Source of the DNA: Candidatus Allofournierella merdipullorum
GTDB taxonomy: Bacteria; Bacillota; Clostridia; Oscillospirales; Ruminococcaceae
Length of the DNA stretch: 64,000 nt
NCBI GenBank assembly: GCA_019116345.1
Contig: DXBV01000063.1
Span: forward strand, 17,574-81,573
Direction of reading: 5' to 3'
The position numbers and the translations under genes are program-made. The notes beneath the pieces are model-generated. The model did no database searches, was not told the DNA's origin, and saw only the letters and a list, made by a program, of their open reading frames with translations. Below are positions 43,114 through 51,413 of the stretch, piece after piece (within the stretch, counting starts at the first letter, position 1; every line of letters begins with the position of its first letter).

Positions 43114-44082
43114 TCAGCTTTCCAGTTCGCCCAGCAGCCAGTCCAGGCTCTGGCGGGTGAGGTCCAGCTGCTCCTGGGCCCGCTCCAGCTGGGCGCGCAC
43201 CTCCTCGCAGTCCTCGCCGCCAGTCTGGGCCAGGCCGGTGACCCCCGCCTGCAGCGGCACCCAGTACTGCCCGCCCAGATAGTCGATTTTTGCCCACACC
43301 GCGCCGTTCCACTCGCCGTCGGTGACCTCCGAAGCAGGATAGCGCCCAATCGGCAGGGTGCCCGAAAAGGCCGCCGGGTCCGGCGCAAAGTAATAGGTGG
43401 CCCCGCTCTGATACACCACCAGTTCGGTGCCCGTGAGCGGCAGGGTGGCCGGGCCCTGGGAATAGCCATTCTTGCCCGCCGCCTTGATGAGCGGCAGAAA
43501 ATCCTTGTAGCTGTAATTCAGATCCACGTTGCCGGAGATGCCGTTCACCCGCCCGGTGCTGGAATACTGCCACATGTCGTAGCTGCCCTGATAGCCCACA
43601 AAGCCCCGGTAGTCGGCGATCCACAAGGGATATTCCGCCAGTTCCGCCATGTTCAGATAGTTTTGGGCGAAGTTGGTGTAGGTGTAAAAGCCGGGGAACC
43701 AGCCCTTCTGGTCCAGGATGTCCATGGCGAAGCGCACCAGATTCGTCAATTCGGTGCGGCCAAGGCTTTGCAGACTGGAGGCCTCCACATCCACGAACAC
43801 GGGATATTCCAGCCGCAGGCCCTCCAGCACCGGCAAAAGAGTCTCCAGCTCGTTGATGACCGCCGCCTCGGTGCGGGCGTAGGTGTAGTAGTAAACGCCC
43901 ACCCGCATGCCCGCCTCGTGGGCACCGGCCACGTTCTGCTCAAAATAGGGGTCCACATAGACCCCACCGCTGTTGGAAGACACCGCCCGCACGATGGCGA
44001 ACTGCTTGCCCGCCGCCACCTGCTGCCAGTCGATGACCCCCTGGTACCGGGACACGTCGATGCCCGTCTGAAAAATCTCCAT
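43114..44082 (-). CDS. GH25 muramidase (lysozyme) with C-terminal SH3-like and coiled-coil regions, no signal peptide
   Basis: GIDVSRYQGVIDWQQV..FAIVRA, VFVDVE, PLWIADY and MWQYSSTGRVNGISGNVDLN are GH25 signatures. The N-terminus begins directly with the catalytic domain. The tail is EEVRAQLERAQEQLDLTRQSLDWLLGELES. Confidence 0.9.
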   Translation of the reverse strand: MEIFQTGIDVSRYQGVIDWQQVAAGKQFAIVRAVSSNSGGVYVDPYFEQNVAGAHEAGMRVGVYYYTYARTEAAVINELETLLPVLEGLRLEYPVFVDVEASSLQSLGRTELTNLVRFAMDILDQKGWFPGFYTYTNFAQNYLNMAELAEYPLWIADYRGFVGYQGSYDMWQYSSTGRVNGISGNVDLNYSYKDFLPLIKAAGKNGYSQGPATLPLTGTELVVYQSGATYYFAPDPAAFSGTLPIGRYPASEVTDGEWNGAVWAKIDYLGGQYWVPLQAGVTGLAQTGGEDCEEVRAQLERAQEQLDLTRQSLDWLLGELES

Positions 44083-44134
44083 AAAAAGCCCCCCTCTTCG
44101 CCATGGTATGCGAAGAGAGGGGTGGTTCGTTCCT

Positions 44135-44857
44135 TTAAGTCACCAGGCCGCCGTTCACGCCCAGCACCTGGCCGGTGATGTAACTTGCCCCGTCGCCGGC
44201 AAGAAAGACCAGCGCATCCGCCACCTGCTTCGGGGTGCCAAGAGCGCCCAGAGGCGTTTCCTCCGCCAGGGCCGCCTTGTCCTCGGCGGAGAAGGAGGAC
44301 ATCATATCGGTGTCGATGACGCCGGGTGCCACACAGTTGACGGTGACGCCGCTGGGGCCTTCTTCCTTCGCCAGCGCCTTGGTCAGGCCGATGAGGCCCG
44401 CTTTGGCGGCGGAGTAGGCCACTTCGCAGCTGCCTCCCACCTGCCCCCACATGGAGCTGACGGTGAGGATGCGGCCCCATTTTTGGTGTATCATGTGGGG
44501 CAGCGCCCGGCGGCAGCAATAAAAGGCTCCGGACAGATGCACGTCCAGCATTCGCCGCCATTCCTCGTCGGTCACGTCGGTGAACAGCTGCTGGGCGGCG
44601 ATGCCCGCGTTGCACACCAGCACGTCCACCCCGCCGAAAGCCTGCTCGGCGGCGGCGAACATCGCCTCCACCTGGGCGGGGTCGGCCACGTCCGCCTGCA
44701 CCGCCAGCGCCCGGCCCGGCCAGCGGGCGGCAAGGGCTTCAGCTTTTTCGGCGCTGTGCAGGTAGTTGATGACCACCTGATAGCCCGCCTCGGCAAATTT
44801 CTCCGCGGCGGCGGCTCCGATGCCCCGGGCCGCGCCGGTGATCAATACCGTTTTCAT
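44135..44857 (-). CDS. SDR-family oxidoreductase (FabG-like)
   Basis: Starts MKTVLITGAARGIGAAAA, preceded by GGGAGGAAG, and has the catalytic YSAAK. The track ORF extends to 45109 inside tadA and is rejected. Confidence 0.88.
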   Translation of the reverse strand: MKTVLITGAARGIGAAAAEKFAEAGYQVVINYLHSAEKAEALAARWPGRALAVQADVADPAQVEAMFAAAEQAFGGVDVLVCNAGIAAQQLFTDVTDEEWRRMLDVHLSGAFYCCRRALPHMIHQKWGRILTVSSMWGQVGGSCEVAYSAAKAGLIGLTKALAKEEGPSGVTVNCVAPGVIDTDMMSSFSAEDKAALAEETPLGALGTPKQVADALVFLAGDGASYITGQVLGVNGGLVT

Positions 44858-45324
44858 CGCGCTTCCTCCCGTTTTTTGCGCAGGGCGGCAAAAAAGTCCT
44901 TTAAAAGGCCGGCACATTCCTCCGCCAGCAGGCCGCTCTCCACCTGGGGGTGGTGGTTGAAGGGCAGGGCGAACAGGTCGGTGAGGGAGCCGCAGCAGCC
45001 CGCCTTGGGATCCGACGCGCCGTAGACCACCCGCTTGATGCGGCTGTTGATGATGGCCCCGCTGCACATGGGGCAGGGTTCCAGCGTCACGAACAGCTCG
45101 CACTGCCACAGCCGCCAGCCGCCCAGCGCTTTGCAGGCGGCGTCGATGGCCAGCAGCTCGGCGTGGTGGGTGGCGTTTTTGCCGGTCTCCCGGGTGTTGT
45201 AGGCCATGGCCACCGGCTCGCCGTCCTTGGCCACCACCGCACCCACCGGCACTTCCCCCAGGGCGGCGGCCTTTTTCGCCTGTTCAATGGCCAGGCGCAT
45301 CAATTGTTCGTCGGTCATGTTCAT
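44854..45324 (-). CDS. tadA: tRNA-specific adenosine-34 deaminase
   Basis: 156 aa. The CDA zinc motifs are HAELLAI and PCPMCSGA. ATG 45324 overlaps the upstream stop (ATGA), and its own stop overlaps the SDR start. The track ORF to 45936 is an antisense-frame extension. Confidence 0.9.
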   Translation of the reverse strand: MNMTDEQLMRLAIEQAKKAAALGEVPVGAVVAKDGEPVAMAYNTRETGKNATHHAELLAIDAACKALGGWRLWQCELFVTLEPCPMCSGAIINSRIKRVVYGASDPKAGCCGSLTDLFALPFNHHPQVESGLLAEECAGLLKDFFAALRKKREEAR

Positions 45325-46244
45325 CCCCCAATGGTCTTGAATAGGCTCAACGCAGCCAGCACCGCCAGCGCCGTCAGATAGCCGGGGCTGCGCAGAAGGC
45401 GCAGCAGCTCTCTCCCCTGCCCCCGCAGACGGCCTGCGCCACGGCGGGGCAGCGCCCGCCAGGGCGCGAAGGCCAGGGCGGCCAGGGGCGGCAGGAACAT
45501 CAGCAGATAACAGATGATCTGGGGCGCGCCGTACTGCTGGCAATACTGGCCGGCAAAGGCCAGAGTGTTGTTGTAAAGATGGAAGGCCATGCCCGGCACA
45601 AGGCTGCCGGAACAAGCCGCCGCGATGCCCAGCGCTGTGCCGCCGAACAGAGCGGCCGCCACCGCCGGCGCGCGCCCGTGGAGCAGCGCGAAGAGCAGTG
45701 CCTGCCCCGCCACGGCCACCACCGGGCCGAAGGGGCGAAGCCAACCCTGCAAAAGGCCGCGGAAGAGCAGTTCCTCCCCCACGGCGGGCACAAGGCAGAC
45801 CGCCAGCCAGGCCGCCGCCAGCGCAAGGCCGGAGGGGGGCAGATCCATCTGCCCGCTGCCCGAGCCGGTGAAGGCGCCGGCCAGCAGGTTGCCACCCATG
45901 ATCAGCAGCCAGAAAAGCAGAAAGAGCGCCGCCCACTGCTCGGCGTTCATGCGCCGGGGCGCCGGGGCAGGCGGGCTGCCCGCAAGGCGCAGCAAGACAA
46001 AGGGCGCGGCCAGGGACAGGGCGCTCACCAGCGCCTGCAGCAGAATGGCCGCCGCAAGGCCGGTGCCCGCGGGGTTGGCAAGGCTCGCCCCCGGCACACG
46101 CAGCGCCAGCAGGGCGTTCGCCAGGGCGGTAAGCACCGAGCGCGCCGCCAGATACCCCAGCGCGGCGCAGCCGCAGGCCGCTCCCGCCCGCCGCAGCGCG
46201 GCGGCGCGGGCCGCGCCCATGGGAAGGGCCTCAGCGGTCCTCAT
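45321..46244 (-). CDS. CPBP-family intramembrane glutamic endopeptidase (CAAX protease/Abi-like)
   Basis: 307-aa polytopic ORF with motif 1 EELLFRGLLQ, motif 2 FALLHG and motif 3 HLYNN. Confidence 0.85.
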   Translation of the reverse strand: MRTAEALPMGAARAAALRRAGAACGCAALGYLAARSVLTALANALLALRVPGASLANPAGTGLAAAILLQALVSALSLAAPFVLLRLAGSPPAPAPRRMNAEQWAALFLLFWLLIMGGNLLAGAFTGSGSGQMDLPPSGLALAAAWLAVCLVPAVGEELLFRGLLQGWLRPFGPVVAVAGQALLFALLHGRAPAVAAALFGGTALGIAAACSGSLVPGMAFHLYNNTLAFAGQYCQQYGAPQIICYLLMFLPPLAALAFAPWRALPRRGAGRLRGQGRELLRLLRSPGYLTALAVLAALSLFKTIGG

Positions 46245-46890
46245 CGGAAAGGTCTTTGTAGTCCACGTCCACCGGCCGGTCCTTGCCGGGAGCGGGGCGG
46301 CCGTCCAGCGTTTCGGTCAGCTTGTCCAGCTGGCGTGCGGCGTCCTTGGCGGTGCGCTCCAGGCCCCGCACCAGTACAGCGGCGTAGACGCCGCTGATGA
46401 GGTTCAGCGCGCCTTCCACCAGCAGGATGACGCCGATGGCCATCACAAGCAGCTGCACCGTCTCGAAGGGATTGGCCACCATCAGAATGCCCAGCACCAC
46501 CGACAGGCCCGCCAGAACGAGAAAGCTCCACCAGTGGGCGTAGCCCATGGCTTTCAGCTCAAAGGCGGACTGCAGCCGCACCACCGCGTCCACGATGACG
46601 TACAGGCCCACCAGAATGGGCAGGACTGAGACCACCGTGTCCGGTTTGATGAGCAGGAACACGCCCAGCGCCGCGGCGGCCACGCCGAACACAAGGCCGA
46701 AGTAATCGAAGAAGAAACGCTCCTCGGCCCGCACATAGCCCCAGACGCTCAGCAGGCCCTTGATGAGGATGACCGCGCCGAAGAGGTAGCACACCAGCCG
46801 CAGCGAGGCCTCCGGCCAGAGCAGCAGCGCCAGGCCCAGAAGCATGAAGGCCAGCGCCGAGAGCAGGAATCCCTTTTTCATATGTGTCAT
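46231..46890 (-). CDS. HdeD/DUF308-family membrane protein
   Basis: Starts MTHMKKGFLLSALAFMLLGLALLLWPE, preceded by GGAAAGGA. It has the repeated GxxxL(I/V)xG helices typical of DUF308, plus a charged C-terminal tail. The track ORF starts at 46977. Confidence 0.7.
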   Translation of the reverse strand: MTHMKKGFLLSALAFMLLGLALLLWPEASLRLVCYLFGAVILIKGLLSVWGYVRAEERFFFDYFGLVFGVAAAALGVFLLIKPDTVVSVLPILVGLYVIVDAVVRLQSAFELKAMGYAHWWSFLVLAGLSVVLGILMVANPFETVQLLVMAIGVILLVEGALNLISGVYAAVLVRGLERTAKDAARQLDKLTETLDGRPAPGKDRPVDVDYKDLSDEDR

Positions 46891-46986
46891 TGTTTTGACC
46901 GTCCTTTCCCGCAGGGCCGTTCTCAGGCTCTGCCTGTTGGCGTTCCATAGGTTTAGTATACCATATTCGCGGCGCAAACAAAAGAC

Positions 46987-47010
46987 GGGGCGGCCCCCAC
47001 GGGCCGCCCC
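46987..47010 (-). terminator. Intrinsic terminator after htpG
   Basis: GGGGCGGCCC pairs with GGGCCGCCCC across a 4-nt loop. On the minus strand it is followed by GTCTTTTGTTTG. Confidence 0.7.
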
Positions 47011-47019
47011 GAACCTTTT

Positions 47020-48936
47020 TTATTGCATCAGCTCGCACACCGCCTGGGCGTAGGCCACAGGGTCCTCGATGGGCAGACCCTCGATGAGCAGGGCCTGGTC
47101 GTAAAGGATGCGGGCGTATTTGCCCAGCTTTTCGGTCTCGCCCTTCTCCTGCAGGCCTTGCAGGGCGGCGAAGATGGGATGGTCGGCGTTGATCTCCAGC
47201 ACCTTCTGGCTCTTGGGCGCGCCCTCCGCGCCGGGCATGGCGGAGAGCACCTTTTCCATCTCCAGAGACAGGGGCCCTTCGCTGGACAGGCACACCGGGT
47301 GGCTCTTCAGCCGGGTGGACAGGCGCACCGCCTCCACCTTGCCCGCCAGCGCCTCCTTCATGGCGTCGAACAGGGGCTTGTTGGCCTCGGTCTTTTCCTC
47401 GGCGGCCTTCTTCTCTTCCTCGGTCTCCAGGCCCAGGTCGCCGGAAGAGACGTTCTTGAACTCCTTCTCCTTATCCTTTTCGCCGTAGCGGCGGAGCATC
47501 TGCAGGCAGAATTCGTCCACATCCTCGGTGAGCAGCAGCACGTCGTAGCCTTTGTCCAGCACCATCTCGGCGGCGGGCAGCTTGGCCAGACGGTCGGCGG
47601 AATCGCCGGCGGCGTAGTAGATGAACTTCTGGTCCTCGGCCATCTTCTCCACGTACTCGGCCAGAGTGACCATCTTCTTTTCCTTGGCGCTGTAGAACAG
47701 CAGCAGGTCCTTCAGCTGGTCGGCGTTCATGCCGTAGTCGGCGTAGCAGCCGTATTTCAGCTGACGGCCGAAGTTCTTGAAGAACTCCTCGTACTTCTCC
47801 CGGTCGCCAGTTTTCATCGCGTTCAGCTCGTTCTTGATCTTCTTTTCGAGGCTGGTGCGAATGAGCTTGAGCCGCCCGTCCTGCTGCAGCATCTCACGGC
47901 TGATGTTGAGGCTCAGGTCCTGGCTGTCCACCACGCCCTTGACGAAGCTGAAGTGGTCCGGCAGAAGGTCGGCGCATTTTTCCATGATGAGCACGCCGCT
48001 GGCATAGAGCTGCAAGCCCTTTTCGTAGTCGCGGGTGTAGTAGTCGTAAGGCGCGCGGCCGGGCACGAACAGCAGGGCGTTGTAGGTGGCGGTGCCCTCG
48101 GTGCGGCTCACGATGACCCGGGCGGGATCGGTGAAGTCGTAGAACTTATCTTTATAGAACTGGTTGTACTCCTCGTCGGTCACCTCGCCCTTCGAGCGCT
48201 TCCAAAGCGGCACCATGCTGTTGAGGGTCTCCAGCTCGGTGTAGGTCTCGTACTCGGGGGTGTAATCCTCGCCGGCGTCGGCGGGCTTTTCCTTCTGGCG
48301 AGTCTTTTCCCGGTACATCTGGATGGGATAGCGCACATAGTCGCTGTACTTCTTGACGATGCCCACCAGGGTGTACTCGTCCAGGAAACGGTCGTAGTTT
48401 TCCTCGGGGGTGCTCTCCTTCACCACCAGGATGACCTGGGTGCCCACCTCGGGCTTGTCCGCCTCGGTGATGGTGTAGCCCTCGGCGCCCTTGCTCTCCC
48501 ACTTCCAGGCGGTATCGCTGCCGAAGGCCCGGCTGATGACCGTGACCTGGCTGGCCACCATGAAGGCGGAGTAGAAGCCCACGCCGAACTGGCCGATGAT
48601 GTCGATATCGCCCGACTTGTTCTCTTTCTTGAAGTCGAAGCTGCCGCTGCGGGCGATGGTGCCCAGGTTCTTTTCCAGCTCCTCCTTGGTCATGCCGATG
48701 CCGTTATCGGTGATGGTGATGGTACGCCTGTCTTTATCCAGCGTCAAGTGAATTTTGTAGTCCTCCTTGCGGCTGGGCACGGAATGATCGGTGAGGCTTT
48801 TGAAATAGAGCTTGTCAATGGCGTCGCTGGCGTTGCTGATGAGCTCCCGCAGAAAGATCTCCTTGTTGGAGTAGATGCTGTTCACCATCAGGTCCAGCAG
48901 CTTTTTGCTTTCGGCTTTGAATTGTTTCACTGCCAT
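47020..48936 (-). CDS. htpG: Molecular chaperone HtpG (Hsp90)
   Basis: 638 aa. [37 protein letters not shown] and [15 protein letters not shown] are Hsp90 signatures. Confidence 0.95.
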   Translation of the reverse strand: MAVKQFKAESKKLLDLMVNSIYSNKEIFLRELISNASDAIDKLYFKSLTDHSVPSRKEDYKIHLTLDKDRRTITITDNGIGMTKEELEKNLGTIARSGSFDFKKENKSGDIDIIGQFGVGFYSAFMVASQVTVISRAFGSDTAWKWESKGAEGYTITEADKPEVGTQVILVVKESTPEENYDRFLDEYTLVGIVKKYSDYVRYPIQMYREKTRQKEKPADAGEDYTPEYETYTELETLNSMVPLWKRSKGEVTDEEYNQFYKDKFYDFTDPARVIVSRTEGTATYNALLFVPGRAPYDYYTRDYEKGLQLYASGVLIMEKCADLLPDHFSFVKGVVDSQDLSLNISREMLQQDGRLKLIRTSLEKKIKNELNAMKTGDREKYEEFFKNFGRQLKYGCYADYGMNADQLKDLLLFYSAKEKKMVTLAEYVEKMAEDQKFIYYAAGDSADRLAKLPAAEMVLDKGYDVLLLTEDVDEFCLQMLRRYGEKDKEKEFKNVSSGDLGLETEEEKKAAEEKTEANKPLFDAMKEALAGKVEAVRLSTRLKSHPVCLSSEGPLSLEMEKVLSAMPGAEGAPKSQKVLEINADHPIFAALQGLQEKGETEKLGKYARILYDQALLIEGLPIEDPVAYAQAVCELMQ

Positions 48937-48977
48937 GTGTGTTCGCTCCCTTTATGTCAAATCTTTTTGAAACGTTT

Positions 48978-49004
48978 TTAGCACTCTGTATATCAGAGTG
49001 CTAA
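48978..49004 (-). promoter_or_regulatory. CIRCE element (HrcA operator), exact consensus
   Basis: TTAGCACTC-TGTATATCA-GAGTGCTAA lies 41 nt upstream of the htpG ATG and 3 nt downstream of the predicted -10. Confidence 0.9.
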
Positions 49005-49007
49005 TTA

Positions 49008-49036
49008 ACTATAGCGCGTTTTGCACAAAAAAGCAA
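49008..49036 (-). promoter_or_regulatory. Predicted htpG promoter
   Basis: Minus strand: TTGCTT (49036-49031), 17-nt spacer, TATAGT (49013-49008). Confidence 0.5.
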
Positions 49037-49154
49037 GGGCTTTCACACAAAATTTAAAAAGCGTTCAAATCCGTGGCCGCGGATGGCAGCGGGTTCACCC
49101 TCCACCCGGCAGGGGGAGAGCCGGGTGGCCGCTAACAAAAAACCGGGCTGAAAA

Positions 49155-49361
49155 TCAGCCCGGCATAAACAGGTCGTCCACAGTGGTGCCCAGCTCCTGA
49201 GCCAGCTTGAAGGCCAGCGCCAGGGTGGGGTCGTATTTGTTGTTCTCGATGGCGTTGATGGTCTGGCGGGAAACGCCGCACTTTTTGGCCAGCTGCTCCT
49301 GCAAGAGGCCCTTTTCCCGGCGCATCTCGCGAATCTTATTTTCCACGTTCGAAATCACCAT
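49155..49361 (-). CDS. XRE-family helix-turn-helix transcriptional regulator (short, YozG-like)
   Basis: 68 aa. IREMRREKGLLQEQLAKKCGVSRQTINAIENNKYDPTLALAFKLAQ is a canonical Cro/C1 HTH. Confidence 0.88.
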   Translation of the reverse strand: MVISNVENKIREMRREKGLLQEQLAKKCGVSRQTINAIENNKYDPTLALAFKLAQELGTTVDDLFMPG

Positions 49362-49671
49362 ACCGTTTCTTCAGCACCAGCAGCACCACAAAGTAGGTCA
49401 CCGCGGTGACGCTGAGATCAATGAAGGGGTTGGACTGCAGCTTCTTGGCCAACACCACCGCCTCCACCACGTCGAACACCTGGGTCAGCACCGTGATGAG
49501 CAGGGTGAAGGCACCGGCCTTCCAGACGATGAGCTGGCGGCGCTCATCCCCCACCCGCACCAGCGAGACCACCATGGCCACATCCAGAACGATGGTGCCC
49601 AGCAGAAAAAGCCCAAACAAAATCAGGAAAAAGTTATCCCACGTGAACATGCCTTGCGTTACAGGGTCCAT
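49336..49671 (-). CDS. Small membrane protein (3-4 TM) co-transcribed with the XRE regulator
   Basis: 111 aa and hydrophobic. AAAGGAGG lies upstream. The 3' end overlaps the regulator start by 26 nt. Confidence 0.65.
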   Translation of the reverse strand: MDPVTQGMFTWDNFFLILFGLFLLGTIVLDVAMVVSLVRVGDERRQLIVWKAGAFTLLITVLTQVFDVVEAVVLAKKLQSNPFIDLSVTAVTYFVVLLVLKKRYGDFERGK

Positions 49672-49691
49672 TGCGATGCCTCCTTTTTAAA

Positions 49692-49711
49692 ATGTCAAAT
49701 TCTTTTGACAT
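49692..49711. promoter_or_regulatory. Operator-like inverted repeat 1 (ATGTCAA-N6-TTGACAT)
   Basis: Perfect 7-bp arms lie between the predicted -10 and the SD of the membrane-protein/XRE operon. Confidence 0.6.
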
Positions 49712-49715
49712 CATC

Positions 49716-49744
49716 AGCATACCATAGGCGGCACAATATGTCAA
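49716..49744 (-). promoter_or_regulatory. Predicted promoter of the membrane-protein/XRE operon
   Basis: Minus strand: TTGACA (49744-49739, inside inverted repeat 2), 17-nt spacer, TATGCT (49721-49716). Confidence 0.5.
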
Positions 49745-49757
49745 GAGTTTTTGACAT
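49738..49757. promoter_or_regulatory. Operator-like inverted repeat 2 (ATGTCAA-N6-TTGACAT)
   Basis: A second copy with identical arms lies 46 bp centre-to-centre from repeat 1 and overlaps the -35. Confidence 0.6.
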
Positions 49758-49801
49758 TCTTTGTAGGCCAGGAGGACCGGCTGACGCGGGGAAACGCCGA
49801 T

Positions 49802-50266
49802 TTATGCCTTCTTTATTAGCGTCAAGAACTCATATATGCCACCGTTCGAACTGCGCTTTATGAGTTCCGAGTCCAGGAATCCACAGGAATGATACACTTT
49901 GATGGCTCTTTGATTGAAACTCGCCACGTTCATAATGAGCTTATCAAATTCATAGTTGCGCTCTATAAAGGCCAATATTTGCTCCAAAAACTGCCTTCCT
50001 TTTCCTTTGCCGCAGAGGTCCGGCCGCATACCAAGGCCGATCTCAATGGACGCGCCTTCTCGGATGACGCAAAAGAACCCAATCAAGTTCTCATTTTCCA
50101 ACACTTCATAGTGGTCATTTTTGTTGCGCAGATCCGCGTCCACGAATCCTTCGTAGTCCTCCGGGTCTGCTGTCATATCATAAAATGAATAAATGCCATC
50201 GTATTTCCACTCGTTGGCGATCTCCAGCGCGTGAGCTTGGGTCAGGGGTCTGAATGCTGCTTTCAC
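49802..50266 (-). CDS. GNAT-family acetyltransferase in a low-GC islet
   Basis: The GTG start at 50266 lies 6 nt after AGGAGGTG (the track ORF starts at 50536). The acetyl-CoA block is GLGMRPDLCGKGKGRQFLEQIL...NQRAIKVYHSCGF. The gene is visibly A/T-rich. Confidence 0.8.
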   Translation of the reverse strand: MKAAFRPLTQAHALEIANEWKYDGIYSFYDMTADPEDYEGFVDADLRNKNDHYEVLENENLIGFFCVIREGASIEIGLGMRPDLCGKGKGRQFLEQILAFIERNYEFDKLIMNVASFNQRAIKVYHSCGFLDSELIKRSSNGGIYEFLTLIKKA

Positions 50267-50299
50267 ATAAATCACCTCCTGGTCATGGTTCCAAAAATC

Positions 50300-50346
50300 G
50301 CAAAAAAGAAAAGGGAGGCCGGCCGGTCCATACGGCCCGGCCGGCC
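50300..50346 (-). terminator. Intrinsic terminator of the nucleoside ABC operon
   Basis: GGCCGGCCGG (50317-50326) pairs with CCGGCCGGCC (50337-50346). On the minus strand it is followed by TCCCTTTTCTTTTTTGCG. Confidence 0.65.
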
Positions 50347-50381
50347 CTTTGTGGGTTGATGTTTGCCCCCACAAGCCTCCC

Positions 50382-51413
50382 TTAGCGGGTGCTCTTGTCG
50401 TAGGGGATGCCCTCCGCCTTGGGGGCGCGGCTCTTCTTGCTGGTGAAGGCCAGCACCAACAGGGTGATGAGGTAGGGCAGCATACGGTAGAAATGGGGGC
50501 TGATGCCCAGGTCCGCCAGCAGGAACACTCCGTCACCGTTGATGTCGATGCTGGCGTAGGAAGCAGCGATGCACTTGAACAGGCCGAACAGCAACGCCGA
50601 GCAGGCGATGTTCAGGGGCTTCCAGTTGCCGAAGATCATAACGGCCAGAGCCAGGAAGCCGAAGCCCGCCACATCGCCGGTGGAGGCGCAGTTGGCGGTG
50701 GTGAGGGCGTAAACGAAGCCGCCCATGCCGGCCAGAGCGCCGGAAATGGTGGTGCCGGCGTAGCGCATGACGTAGACGTTGATGCCCAGAGAGTCCGCTG
50801 CCTGAGGGTTCTCGCCGCAGCTGCGCAGGCGCAGGCCGAAGCGGGTCTTGTAAAGCAGGATGGACAGAACGATGAACAGCAGGATGCAGATGTAGGTGGC
50901 AAGATAGGTCTTGTCGATGAAGGTGCGGCCGAAGAAGCCCATCTCATCGTTGCGGCCGTAGCCGAAGAAGCTCTTCTTGATCATGAACCAGCTGGCGGAG
51001 TCGCCTTCGGCCATCTGCAGAGTGTTCTGGTTGGCGATGATGCGGATGAAGAAGAGGACCAGAGCGGGAGCCAGCAGGTTCAGAGCGGTGCCGCCGATGG
51101 TCTGGTCCGCCTTCAGGTTGACCGAGGCGAAGGAGAGCAGCAGCGAGAACACAGCGCCCATGATGGCCGCCACCAGCATGGCCAGCACCATAAAGCCCTG
51201 CAGGGCCACCCAGTCACCGGCGGCCTTTGCCTCGGCAAAGACGCCCGCCTTCTGGGTGAGGTTGACGAACAGAACGCCGATGAAGGCACCGAAGATCATG
51301 ATACCTTCCAGAGCCAGGTTGATGATGCCGCTGCGCTCGGCGAAAACGCCCGCCAGCGCCACGATCATCAGAGGCACGGCGTAGATCAGGGTCTGTTGGA
51401 TCAGAAAAGTCAT
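50382..51413 (-). CDS. ABC transporter permease (BMP/nucleoside uptake system, NupQ/YufQ-like)
   Basis: 343-aa polytopic ORF. Its start overlaps the upstream permease gene by 4 nt. It is the last gene of the BMP operon. Confidence 0.85.
   Translation of the reverse strand: MTFLIQQTLIYAVPLMIVALAGVFAERSGIINLALEGIMIFGAFIGVLFVNLTQKAGVFAEAKAAGDWVALQGFMVLAMLVAAIMGAVFSLLLSFASVNLKADQTIGGTALNLLAPALVLFFIRIIANQNTLQMAEGDSASWFMIKKSFFGYGRNDEMGFFGRTFIDKTYLATYICILLFIVLSILLYKTRFGLRLRSCGENPQAADSLGINVYVMRYAGTTISGALAGMGGFVYALTTANCASTGDVAGFGFLALAVMIFGNWKPLNIACSALLFGLFKCIAASYASIDINGDGVFLLADLGISPHFYRMLPYLITLLVLAFTSKKSRAPKAEGIPYDKSTR

Noticed and set aside
49055-49135. A tRNA-like fragment (GTTCAAATCC) and the hairpin CCACCCGGC/GCCGGGTGG between htpG and the XRE gene.
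   Set aside because: The putative T-stem arms are not complementary, and no acceptor or anticodon arms can be drawn. The hairpin has no U-tract. The likely XRE-gene terminator is the separate CCGGGCTGAAAATCAGCCCGG hairpin at about 49144-49164.
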